Of a stretch of 64,000 nt of DNA, positions 53,499 to 62,301 are shown piece by piece. The stretch's first letter is position 1. Each line of letters begins with the position of its first letter. The DNA comes from Pseudomonadota bacterium (GTDB lineage Bacteria; Pseudomonadota; Gammaproteobacteria; UBA4575). A program made the position numbers and the translations under genes. Below the pieces are notes generated by a model. It was not told the DNA's origin. It made no database searches and saw nothing but the letters and a program-made list of their open reading frames with translations. The DNA lies in assembly GCA_039182865.1 (NCBI GenBank), contig JBCDBX010000002.1, positions 1,356 through 65,355 on the forward strand, read 5' to 3'.

Positions 53499-54260
53499 AT
53501 GAGTAAAAAAGAAATCTTCCCCGGCATTCATACCGTCAGCTCTTTACTACGCTGGCAACCCGAAAGAATTCAATCTATATGGGTAGAACAAAACAAATGT
53601 AACAAACGTATCGATCAGTTAATTGAACAAGCAAAAAAATCAGGCGTTTCAATCCAGCAAACTCAACACAATAAACTCGATCAAATATGCGAAAGCACAC
53701 ATCATCAAGGAATTGCTGCATCATGCAGCCCAACAAAACTGCTTGACGAACATGACCTAGTTGAAAACCTAGCTTCTTTTTCTGAGCCACCCTTATTATT
53801 GATTCTTGACGAAGTCAGCGACCCTCATAATTTAGGTGCGTGTTTGCGTTCGGCTGACGCGGCAGGAGTTGATGCGGTGATTCTGCCACAACGCCATTCT
53901 GCCCCACTCACACCCACCGTCCACAAAATTGCATCCGGTGCGACGGTGCGTTTGAAAATTGTTCGCACACCCAACCTTGCTCGATTTTTAGACCAAATCA
54001 AAAAGGCAGGTGTTTGGGTATATGGTGCTACAGGAGAATCTGATCACTCAATATATGACTCCAATCTCAGCCATCCCAGTGCAATTGTCATGGGTGCTGA
54101 AGGTCAAGGTCTCAGGCGATTGACCCAGGTAAAATGTGATCAGCTATTCGCCCTGCCTATGCTCGGAGACGTCGAGAGCCTGAATGTTTCAGTCGCAACT
54201 GGCATTTTCCTATACGAAGCGGTAAGACAAAGACAAAATAGCGATTCCAAGCCAGATTAA
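53499..54260 (+). CDS. rlmB: 23S rRNA (guanosine-2'-O)-methyltransferase RlmB (SpoU/TrmH family)
   Basis: SpoU substrate-binding N-domain plus [19 protein letters not shown] motif. Conserved position after rnr. Confidence 0.85.
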   Translation: MSKKEIFPGIHTVSSLLRWQPERIQSIWVEQNKCNKRIDQLIEQAKKSGVSIQQTQHNKLDQICESTHHQGIAASCSPTKLLDEHDLVENLASFSEPPLLLILDEVSDPHNLGACLRSADAAGVDAVILPQRHSAPLTPTVHKIASGATVRLKIVRTPNLARFLDQIKKAGVWVYGATGESDHSIYDSNLSHPSAIVMGAEGQGLRRLTQVKCDQLFALPMLGDVESLNVSVATGIFLYEAVRQRQNSDSKPD

Positions 54261-54391
54261 TTATTGCGCCTACTGTAGCTCTCGCGTACACTTCGCTGCT
54301 CAATTTAACCGGGTTAGTCTTTGACCAACCCATCCTTTCTCCACTGCTAAAAATGTCACTAGCAGGGAGACAATGTCCACAAGGAGAATAC

Positions 54392-54832
54392 ATGAGACAT
54401 TACGAAATCGTATTTCTGGTCCATCCGGATCAGTCAGATCAAGTCTCGGCCATGGTAGATCGATACCGCACCATGATTGAGAACGGCAACGGCAAAGTCC
54501 ACCGCCAGGAAGACTGGGGCAGACGCATACTTGCCTACCCAATTAATAAAATCCTTAAAGCTCATTATGTTTTGATGAATATCGAGACAGACCAAAACAC
54601 GTTGGATGAATTAGTCAGTGCTTTTCGTTTCAATGATGCTGTCTTAAGACATATAGTTCTCAGCTGTAAAGAAGCTATCACAGAGCCTTCGCCCATGATT
54701 AAATCTCTAGAAAAAGAGAAAGAGCGTGAAACCAAAGCAGCCCCCGATGAAACTGTTGCAAAAGAAACTCCTGCTGAAGAAGAAGCTAAAGCGACAGAAG
54801 AACCCGCTGTCGAAACTGAAGGAGAAGAGTAA
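54392..54832 (+). CDS. rpsF: 30S ribosomal protein S6 (acidic C-terminal tail)
   Basis: [18 protein letters not shown]... The start is at Met14 of the track ORF. Glu-rich tail. Confidence 0.9.
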   Translation: MRHYEIVFLVHPDQSDQVSAMVDRYRTMIENGNGKVHRQEDWGRRILAYPINKILKAHYVLMNIETDQNTLDELVSAFRFNDAVLRHIVLSCKEAITEPSPMIKSLEKEKERETKAAPDETVAKETPAEEEAKATEEPAVETEGEE

Positions 54833-54834
54833 TC

Positions 54835-55059
54835 ATGTCTAAGTATTTCCGTCGCAGAAGATATTGTCGTTTCACTGAAGAAGGCATCAAGTATGTTGAT
54901 TACAAAGATATCGACTTATTGAAAGATTTCATTACCGAAACAGGCAAAATTGTTCCTAGTCGAATCACAGGAACAAAAGCTAAGTATCAACGTCAGTTAA
55001 CGACTGCTATTAAGCGTGCGCGTTATTTGGCGCTACTACCATATAGCGACCAACATTAA
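54835..55059 (+). CDS. rpsR: 30S ribosomal protein S18
   Basis: [33 protein letters not shown]... Confidence 0.9.
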   Translation: MSKYFRRRRYCRFTEEGIKYVDYKDIDLLKDFITETGKIVPSRITGTKAKYQRQLTTAIKRARYLALLPYSDQH

Positions 55060-55065
55060 AGTAGT

Positions 55066-55103
55066 CCGTCATTCTGAATCAATATCAGAATGACGGTATT
55101 TTA
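55066..55103 (+). terminator. Perfect 12-bp hairpin (CCGTCATTCTGA-atcaatat-TCAGAATGACGG) + TATTTT, ending 3 nt before the next start codon
   Basis: Seen directly between rpsR and the downstream membrane-protein gene. Confidence 0.5.
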
Positions 55104-55105
55104 AT

Positions 55106-55999
55106 ATGTTCAAAAACTTTGCCAACTTCACTGTCTCTGGGAAGCTTCCGGCTTTCACAGTTGTGTTTGGATTCTTGTCTTTGGCGATCGCCTTTCCATT
55201 AGCCGCCATAATCAGTGGTGCAGCATTGGTATTAATCACACTATACGTTGATCCCAAGAACAGCACACTCATCACCATCCTAGTAGGACTTGCTCTATCC
55301 GTATCCACTTTCTTTTTCTTGGGCAATGCACTGATTGGATTATCTATAACGCTTGCACAATTATTTCCTAGCCTAATTCTTGCCACCTTATTTTATCGAA
55401 CACGTTCTCTTTCGTTTACACTACAAGCTGCTGCCATATTAGGCGCGCTGTGCTTTATTTTGATCAAGCTTATGTTCCCCGAGGACGTATCCTTTTGGGA
55501 AGCGGCTATATCGCCGATGTTAACCAGCATGTTTGAAGCCAGTGGTGTATCACCAGAAGAAAGCGCTAACTCTATTCGTGAAATTGCTGAGTACATGACA
55601 GGCGTGATGATTGCCTCAGTTGTATTAGTACATTGCAGCATTCTATATTTTGGATATTGGCTATTTTGCAAAGCAAAAGATAGCGAACAGTACAAAACAG
55701 ATTTTCGTGAAGTGCGCCTGGGTCATGCCTTGGCTGCGATTTCGATCGCAACTTGCATCTGGGCAATTACGACACAATCGGCCTATGCGGCGCAGCTTTG
55801 CGGAATCCTCAGCATCCTATTCGGCATACAGGGTATGACCATCATACATGTCTTATGCGCCACGATGAAAAAGGGTAAGCTATGGCTAGTAGTTAGCTAC
55901 CTGCTGGTGATATTTATACCTCAAGCAATTTTCATCGTAATACTGTTGGGCTTATCTGACAGTTTCTTTAACTTACGTAAAAAAATTGAAGCTAATTAG
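55106..55999 (+). CDS. DUF2232-like polytopic membrane protein inserted between rpsR and rplI
   Basis: 297 aa, 7-8 TM. The same gene position is seen in Pseudomonas-type S6 operons (from memory). Confidence 0.6.
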   Translation: MFKNFANFTVSGKLPAFTVVFGFLSLAIAFPLAAIISGAALVLITLYVDPKNSTLITILVGLALSVSTFFFLGNALIGLSITLAQLFPSLILATLFYRTRSLSFTLQAAAILGALCFILIKLMFPEDVSFWEAAISPMLTSMFEASGVSPEESANSIREIAEYMTGVMIASVVLVHCSILYFGYWLFCKAKDSEQYKTDFREVRLGHALAAISIATCIWAITTQSAYAAQLCGILSILFGIQGMTIIHVLCATMKKGKLWLVVSYLLVIFIPQAIFIVILLGLSDSFFNLRKKIEAN

Positions 56000-56025
56000 T
56001 AACACTTATCTATAAAGGAAACATC

Positions 56026-56475
56026 ATGGAAGTTATTTTATTATCTAAAGTCGAAAACTTGGGCGCACTGGGAGACAAGGTTACAGTGAAATCAGGTTAT
56101 GCGCGCAATTATCTTATCCCTCAAGGCAAAGCAAAATTTGCGACAGCGGAAAACATTGCTGAATTTGAAGCACGTCGCGCTGAACTTGAAGCGCAAGCCG
56201 CCGAAGTACTTTCGAGCGCCGAAGAACGCAAAGCCAAGCTTGATGGCACTACCATCACCATCCCAGCAAAAGAATCTAGTGAAGGAAAATTATTTGGTTC
56301 TGTTGGTAACGTTGATGTATTAGAAGCACTAAAAGAGAATGGTCACGACGTTGAAAAACGCGAGATCCGTATGCCAGAGGGAGCGTTCAGAAATATTGGT
56401 GAATATGAAATTGAATTACATTTACATACAGATGTAAATGCCACAATTACCATTCATATTGTTCCGGAAGAATAA
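56026..56475 (+). CDS. rplI: 50S ribosomal protein L9
   Basis: MEVILLSKVENLGALGDKVTVKSGYARNYLIPQGKA... Confidence 0.9.
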   Translation: MEVILLSKVENLGALGDKVTVKSGYARNYLIPQGKAKFATAENIAEFEARRAELEAQAAEVLSSAEERKAKLDGTTITIPAKESSEGKLFGSVGNVDVLEALKENGHDVEKREIRMPEGAFRNIGEYEIELHLHTDVNATITIHIVPEE

Positions 56476-56489
56476 ACATACAATCCAAA

Positions 56490-57893
56490 ATGGCCGAAAT
56501 TATTTCCAGCGACGCGTACACTCCTCCGAATACAGAGACTTTACGTACACCACCATATTCGCTTGAAGCTGAACAAGCCGTACTTGGCGGCTTAATGCTA
56601 GAAAATAATACTTGGGATCAAGTAGCGGATAAACTTAATGAAGATGATTTCCATTTGTTTGATCACCGCATCATTTTTCAAGCCATTTCTGAGTTGGCTT
56701 ACCACAATCAACCTTTTGATGTCGTCACCCTCGCCGATAAAATTAAACATGCAAAAGACACGAATATAAATAATGAAAATGTCACAGCATATGTCGCGAC
56801 ACTTGCCAAAGAGACTCCTACCGCTGCTAACATCACTGCTTATGCAGATATCGTAAGAGAAAAATCAGTCTTACGAAAACTTGCCAGTACCGGCACTGAA
56901 ATTGCCGGATCTGCCTATCAAACACAAGGCTTAAGTAGCAAAGAGTTGCTTGATGTTGCCGAAAAGAAAATTTTTGAAATAGGCGATCATGGTGCTAGAC
57001 AACTTAGTGGTTTTAAGGGCATGAAGGAACTACTTAAGACAACTGTTGAAAGAATTGACGAACTCTATGAACGCGGTGATAACATCACGGGCATTGCAAC
57101 TGGTTTTGATCAGTTCGATGAAAATACTTCGGGCTTGCAAAATGGCGACTTAATTATTGTTGCGGGTCGCCCTTCTATGGGCAAAACTAGTTTAACGATG
57201 AATATCGCAGAGTATGCTGTAATTCAAAAGCAATCATGCGTTGCGATCTTCAGCATGGAGATGCCCAGCCACCAGCTAACGATGCGTATGCTGTCCTCTA
57301 TCGGGCGCATTAATCAACAAAAAATACGCACTGGAAAACTTACAGAAGAGGATTGGCCACGTCTAACTAGCGCTGTTTCAATGTTATCTGATGCAAAGTT
57401 ATATATTGATGATAGCCCTGCACTAAGTCCTACTGAAATTCGTGCACGCGCTCGAAGACTCAAACGTGAACATGGCTTATCGCTGATCATCATTGATTAT
57501 TTACAACTTATGCAGATTACCGGAAGCTCTGAAAATCGCACAAACGATGTATCAGAAATCTCGCGATCTCTAAAAGCCCTAGCCAAAGAACTCGATATAC
57601 CTGTCATCGCATTATCGCAGTTAAATCGTAGCTTAGAGCAACGTACTGATAAACGTCCGGTCATGTCAGACCTACGAGAATCAGGAGCAATTGAACAAGA
57701 TGCAGATCTAATTGTTTTTATTTATCGAGATGAAGTTTACAACGATGAAAGTCCAGATAAAGGCACTGCAGAAATAATTGTTGCTAAACAACGTAATGGT
57801 CCTATATTCAAAACGCGCTTGACTTTTCTTGGGCAATACACTCGTTTTGAAAATTTTATCCCCGAAATTTACAACCATGAGAATCCTTCATGA
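56490..57893 (+). CDS. dnaB: Replicative DNA helicase
   Basis: GRPSMGKTS Walker A. DnaB N-domain. ...SQLNRSLEQR... Confidence 0.95.
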   Translation: MAEIISSDAYTPPNTETLRTPPYSLEAEQAVLGGLMLENNTWDQVADKLNEDDFHLFDHRIIFQAISELAYHNQPFDVVTLADKIKHAKDTNINNENVTAYVATLAKETPTAANITAYADIVREKSVLRKLASTGTEIAGSAYQTQGLSSKELLDVAEKKIFEIGDHGARQLSGFKGMKELLKTTVERIDELYERGDNITGIATGFDQFDENTSGLQNGDLIIVAGRPSMGKTSLTMNIAEYAVIQKQSCVAIFSMEMPSHQLTMRMLSSIGRINQQKIRTGKLTEEDWPRLTSAVSMLSDAKLYIDDSPALSPTEIRARARRLKREHGLSLIIIDYLQLMQITGSSENRTNDVSEISRSLKALAKELDIPVIALSQLNRSLEQRTDKRPVMSDLRESGAIEQDADLIVFIYRDEVYNDESPDKGTAEIIVAKQRNGPIFKTRLTFLGQYTRFENFIPEIYNHENPS

Positions 57894-58969
57894 GACGATC
57901 AGCGTATGCATTAATACGATTAGAACGTCTCGCTCACAACTTACAATTTCTACGCTCTTTCACTAAAGAGTCCAAGGTTATATCAGTTGTTAAAGCGGAT
58001 GCATATGGCCATGGTTTAGCAAAAACAGCGCAAGCATTGAATCAAAGTGACGCTTTTGCAGTGACATGTGCAAGCGAAGCGAGCGAGTTGCGCGCAGCCA
58101 GTATTCTGCACCCCATTCTATGTTTACAAGGCTTTCAGGATAATGAAGAATTACAAGCCATTGCAGATTGCAATACACAACCTGTCATCCATAGTGATTA
58201 TCAAATTAGTTTGTTAAAAGCTTGCAAAATTAAACACCCCATTCAAGTATGGCTCAAAATTGATACTGGAATGAGCCGACTTGGCTTCCCAATTGAAAAA
58301 GCCTTATCTGCTTATCAAGAATTGTCGGAATTAGAGTGCATCAATAAAATTCGTGTTATGACCCACTTTTCTCATGCGGATTTACTTGACGATGAAGTTA
58401 CACAAAGACAGTTACAACGCTTTGAAAATACTTGTAAGCAAATTCCCCATTGCGAACGCAGTGCTGCCAACTCAGCAGGTTCTATTGCCTATTCTAATTC
58501 CCTATATCAGTGGGTAAGACCCGGCATTTGCCTATATGGAATTTCTCCCTTTCAGCCAGATCAAAGTCATCCTGACATTAGTGATTTAAAACCCGTCATG
58601 TCAGTTCATGCCCCTCTAATTTCAATTAAAGAATGTAAGCAAGGTGACAAAATTGGTTACGGTGGACTTTATACATGCCCACAAAATATGCGTATAGGTA
58701 TAGTAGCAATAGGATATGCCGACGGATTTCCCAGAACCCTTAATCATCCTGTCAACGTCAGCATTGATGGTACCTTTGCACCAATTGTGGGACGAGTATC
58801 AATGGATATGATTACTATCAATTTAGACGGTGTTGAAGCCTCAATTGGAGATGATGTTGAATTATGGGGTGATGATATTCCGATTAATGAGGTCGCCCAT
58901 GCGGCGGACACTATCAGTTATGAATTGTTATGTGGAATAACCGGACGTATCAACCGAGTTTACCAATAA
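57890..58969 (+). CDS. alr: Alanine racemase
   Basis: VVKADAYGHG PLP-Lys motif. 359 aa. Confidence 0.85.
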   Translation: MRRSAYALIRLERLAHNLQFLRSFTKESKVISVVKADAYGHGLAKTAQALNQSDAFAVTCASEASELRAASILHPILCLQGFQDNEELQAIADCNTQPVIHSDYQISLLKACKIKHPIQVWLKIDTGMSRLGFPIEKALSAYQELSELECINKIRVMTHFSHADLLDDEVTQRQLQRFENTCKQIPHCERSAANSAGSIAYSNSLYQWVRPGICLYGISPFQPDQSHPDISDLKPVMSVHAPLISIKECKQGDKIGYGGLYTCPQNMRIGIVAIGYADGFPRTLNHPVNVSIDGTFAPIVGRVSMDMITINLDGVEASIGDDVELWGDDIPINEVAHAADTISYELLCGITGRINRVYQ

Positions 58970-59122
58970 CTACTGCTCAAAATAAAGTTTCTTTGAATTT
59001 TAGCGGTCTTCTATATATTACAATTCACTTTTAAATTCATTTATTTGCGAACTAAACGCTATTTAAATAATCAACAGTAGGTACAATAAGAACATATAAT
59101 TTTGATAATTAAGGACTCCAAT

Positions 59123-59881
59123 ATGTCAGATTTCAAACTATCACGTCGAGGCATCGCGTATGCTTTTATTATTACTCTAGTGACCTTAGCATTATCAGCT
59201 TGCTCGACTTATGGTGACAAAGTTGCTCCAGTGCCATTACCAAGTGATCAAGCAGGTTCGATAAACATTGATGGTGTTGAGCTGTATGCTGAAGCATATT
59301 TAGATAGCGAAGCTGCGAAAAATGCCTTTGGTTTTGATATACGAGGAGCGGGCTTATTGCCTGTGCGCTTTGTCATCGACAATCAGTCAAACAAAGATGC
59401 ACATATCAATCGTAATCAAACATTCTTAATTGATAAGAAAAATCAAGCATGGCCATTGCTTACATATGATCAAGCGTTTAGACGTGTCAACGAAAGTGTG
59501 GAAATGGGTGAAATAGCCAAAGGCGCAGTCAAGCCCGGCATACTTGCCGCAGCTACTGGTGCATTAATTGGTGCAGCGGTTGGTGTTGTGGGTGGAAGCA
59601 GCGCTGGCGAAGCCGCTGCGCGAGGTGCAGCCGCTGGTGTTGCTACAGGTGCTGTCGTAGGTGGTGCAAACCGCTACCAAGAAGTGGGCAAAGAAATTCG
59701 CCAAAACCTTGCCAACCAATCTTTTGATGACCGCATTGTGGATACTGGAGAAATATCTCACGGCTTTTTGTTCTTTCCAGGAGAACAGGAAATCACGTCA
59801 GTAAGCGCATTGAGACTTTCACTTTCAATCAGCAATGACACACAAGTTGTTCAGATGCCTTTAGGCGTGAAAAACCTTTAA
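59123..59881 (+). CDS. Lipoprotein with internal glycine-zipper segment. The start is at the Met preceding the lipobox; the track start at 59102 is longer.
   Basis: LALSAC lipobox. GALIGAAVGVVGGSSAGEAAARGAAAGVATGAVVGG glycine zipper. Confidence 0.5.
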   Translation: MSDFKLSRRGIAYAFIITLVTLALSACSTYGDKVAPVPLPSDQAGSINIDGVELYAEAYLDSEAAKNAFGFDIRGAGLLPVRFVIDNQSNKDAHINRNQTFLIDKKNQAWPLLTYDQAFRRVNESVEMGEIAKGAVKPGILAAATGALIGAAVGVVGGSSAGEAAARGAAAGVATGAVVGGANRYQEVGKEIRQNLANQSFDDRIVDTGEISHGFLFFPGEQEITSVSALRLSLSISNDTQVVQMPLGVKNL

Positions 59882-60101
59882 CTTAAACATCTTCTTTTCT
59901 AAGCTGCAATAGGACCTGACCAGGACTGTTGCAGCCTTATCCTATGGTATTAGTTAGTTATCCTATACAGGGTAACAAACAACCTATTGTCTTGATTTTT
60001 TTATAAATATCCATTCTGTGAGACAGTTCAAAATTACAGCGGGAAAATATTTTCAACATATGAGATAGTAAGTCCAGTTTCTAACTAAAAAGATAAGTCC
60101 C

Positions 60102-60608
60102 GTGAGTTCATTTCAAAGTCGTGAAGACATGGTATCGGATGCACAACTTGCAATAGAGCGTCGCAATCGACAAGACCGCCGTCAGCCTTCTTTAAAAGGT
60201 TTTATTATTGGCTGCTTTAAGTGTCGCCGCAGACAGCCTCGACGTGCTGAAGGTTATCTTCATTATCATACTGATTGGTATGACACAAAAATTCTAGTGA
60301 TGGCATTAGCGTTGGTTATTCTATCAATTATGGATGCTGCTATGACTATGCACCTAATTAATCACCATGGTGCGGTAGAAATCAATCCGTTCATGAATTA
60401 CTTGTTGCAGCAAGGCTCACATGTATTTATTTACACTAAACTTGTACTCACATGCATTTGTGTATTTATACTAGCGGCTCACTACTATTCAAGAGTGCTG
60501 TCTTGGCTGCGCGTTGATATCGTATTGATATTCGCTCTATTTATTTACATGGGACTGGTGACTTACGAATTTGCTCTATTATTTAATTCCCCTAATGCAG
60601 TCGCATAG
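60102..60608 (+). CDS. Membrane protein with Arg-rich (RRNRQDRRQ ... RRRQPRR) cytoplasmic N-terminus and 3 TM helices; unknown family
   Basis: 168 aa. N-terminal basic repeats. The hydrophobic remainder is aromatic-rich. Confidence 0.45.
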   Translation: MSSFQSREDMVSDAQLAIERRNRQDRRQPSLKGFIIGCFKCRRRQPRRAEGYLHYHTDWYDTKILVMALALVILSIMDAAMTMHLINHHGAVEINPFMNYLLQQGSHVFIYTKLVLTCICVFILAAHYYSRVLSWLRVDIVLIFALFIYMGLVTYEFALLFNSPNAVA

Positions 60609-60933
60609 GATCGTCTTCTCGTAGCTTAACTAATTGCCGTTGCCACATGGCAATGTTGCCTGGATTGGAACCACGCGCCATAGAATCCAACCATTTATCA
60701 TGACACAGCATTAATAACTCTAAACCCTCATCCGTAAAATCAGACATTTTCAACTCGAAGTCAATCCAATCATTACTATCAGTTTTATTATTATTAATTA
60801 ATCCTGTTTCCTTAAAAAAATTCAATAATGGTTTATAGCGATTGCGAAAGTCCTCGACTACTTTGCGTTTAGTGGCGTCCTCAGAATTTTCATCCACGTA
60901 CCACTTACAAGCATCAATTACCATATCTTTCAT
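60592..60933 (-). CDS. Hypothetical cytoplasmic protein, 113 aa
   Basis: Convergent with the upstream membrane-protein gene, overlapping it by 17 nt. No family recognised. Confidence 0.4.
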   Translation of the reverse strand: MKDMVIDACKWYVDENSEDATKRKVVEDFRNRYKPLLNFFKETGLINNNKTDSNDWIDFELKMSDFTDEGLELLMLCHDKWLDSMARGSNPGNIAMWQRQLVKLREDDPMRLH

Positions 60934-61215
60934 AATACCAACCTCCCTAGCAGTTGGTGAAGATCAGAAATAAGGTTCTAATTTATATCCCCTTAAGAAT
61001 GATCTAATTTTTACTCTCGTTATGGACATTATCAAACTCATATCGTCCGACAAAAACTGCCTTCCATCAATCGCACTTTAAATTGACTGTCAAATTCATT
61101 TGGAACTATTTTTTTGATCAAATCTACGTAAGCGCTTATAAATGGTTGACTTGTTAATAATTTCGTAACAATGATGGTCAATAATTTATCGAACTAAAGT
61201 TACCAAGATATTAAA

Positions 61216-61527
61216 ATGAAGCATAATAAGACTGTGGGAAGCGAGAATTGTATCTTCCTAAATGAGGTAAAAATTGCAGGACGTGGAATTTGTACTTTAT
61301 GTCCGGCATGCAGCATGAATACTCATGCACACTACTTACATAATAAACTAATGATCTCATATTGTGATTGCAAGAATTTAGGTGGACTATATGTTGGCTT
61401 TTGTGACAAACCTTTCTGGAAATTATTTACAGACATGTCAAAACTTGAGTTTATGGAATTTGCACAAAGTGCGAATGCTTATGTCGATACGATGCGAGAC
61501 CTACATTTAGAAAGCAAATCCGCATAA
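61216..61527 (+). CDS. Cys-rich hypothetical protein (7 Cys incl. CTLCPAC), 103 aa
   Basis: The CxxCxxC cluster plus further Cys suggests metal binding. Very AT-rich flanks. Confidence 0.4.
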   Translation: MKHNKTVGSENCIFLNEVKIAGRGICTLCPACSMNTHAHYLHNKLMISYCDCKNLGGLYVGFCDKPFWKLFTDMSKLEFMEFAQSANAYVDTMRDLHLESKSA

Positions 61528-61671
61528 TTTTTAGAATATATATCTAGATAATGGATGCTATTAATCTAAATTTTTCAAAAACTTTTTATAGCAAAAATTT
61601 ATTCCCTTTTTAGCATCAAATCCTTTAAGATTAATAAGTGTTTACACTAAATTAATATTAAAGATCTTGCT

Positions 61672-62220
61672 ATGGCTACAAAACATAAGACTTATCATGA
61701 CATTACTAAGAAGACTTGGATTTATGATCATCTGGCATTTATTCTACCTTTAACCCTATTTCGCAGCACACCTTCCGTTGAGTTCTATAAAATTCCTGAT
61801 GTCATGCGAAACCTAGGATCCGTCGACAAAGTGATTCATCAAAAAGGGGCAAAGTCTCCAATGATCGCAGGCGACAAAAAACATTACTGGTATATGCATC
61901 AGTATCAAGAGGACCAGCTTGTAGTACATCAAGGTAAACGAGTTATTGACTTGTATTCCAGAAAGCATGGAAAGATTGAACACTTCGAAGTATACCCCGA
62001 CAAAATTAAACACGAAGGAAAAATAATTTTTAAAGGTGCCGGTATTCTTGCCTGGCCAGTCTACGTTTTTCATCGGGTCTACAGCCCCGAAGGCAGCATC
62101 TCAACAAATTACGCAAGACATTACGCAGGTTATGACGTAAATACTAATTTCAATATTTATGATCTGGACCCAGAAACGGGCGAATATCATGTCATACGTA
62201 AAGGACACGAAGACCAATAA
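61672..62220 (+). CDS. Hypothetical protein, 182 aa (His/Tyr-rich)
   Basis: ORF with no recognised motif. Followed by a bidirectional terminator. Confidence 0.45.
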   Translation: MATKHKTYHDITKKTWIYDHLAFILPLTLFRSTPSVEFYKIPDVMRNLGSVDKVIHQKGAKSPMIAGDKKHYWYMHQYQEDQLVVHQGKRVIDLYSRKHGKIEHFEVYPDKIKHEGKIIFKGAGILAWPVYVFHRVYSPEGSISTNYARHYAGYDVNTNFNIYDLDPETGEYHVIRKGHEDQ

Positions 62221-62243
62221 CATATCCAATATAATCTAAGCTG

Positions 62244-62278
62244 CATAAAAAAAGCCAACAATTAATGTTGGCTTTTTT
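62244..62278. terminator. Bidirectional rho-independent terminator (AAAAAAAGCCAACA-attaat-GTTGGCTTTTTT)
   Basis: Stem GCCAAC/GTTGGC flanked by an A-run and a T-run. Sits between convergent genes ending at 62220 (+) and 62302 (-). Confidence 0.7.
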
Positions 62279-62301
62279 AACAGCAAATTAAAACTTATTT
62301 T

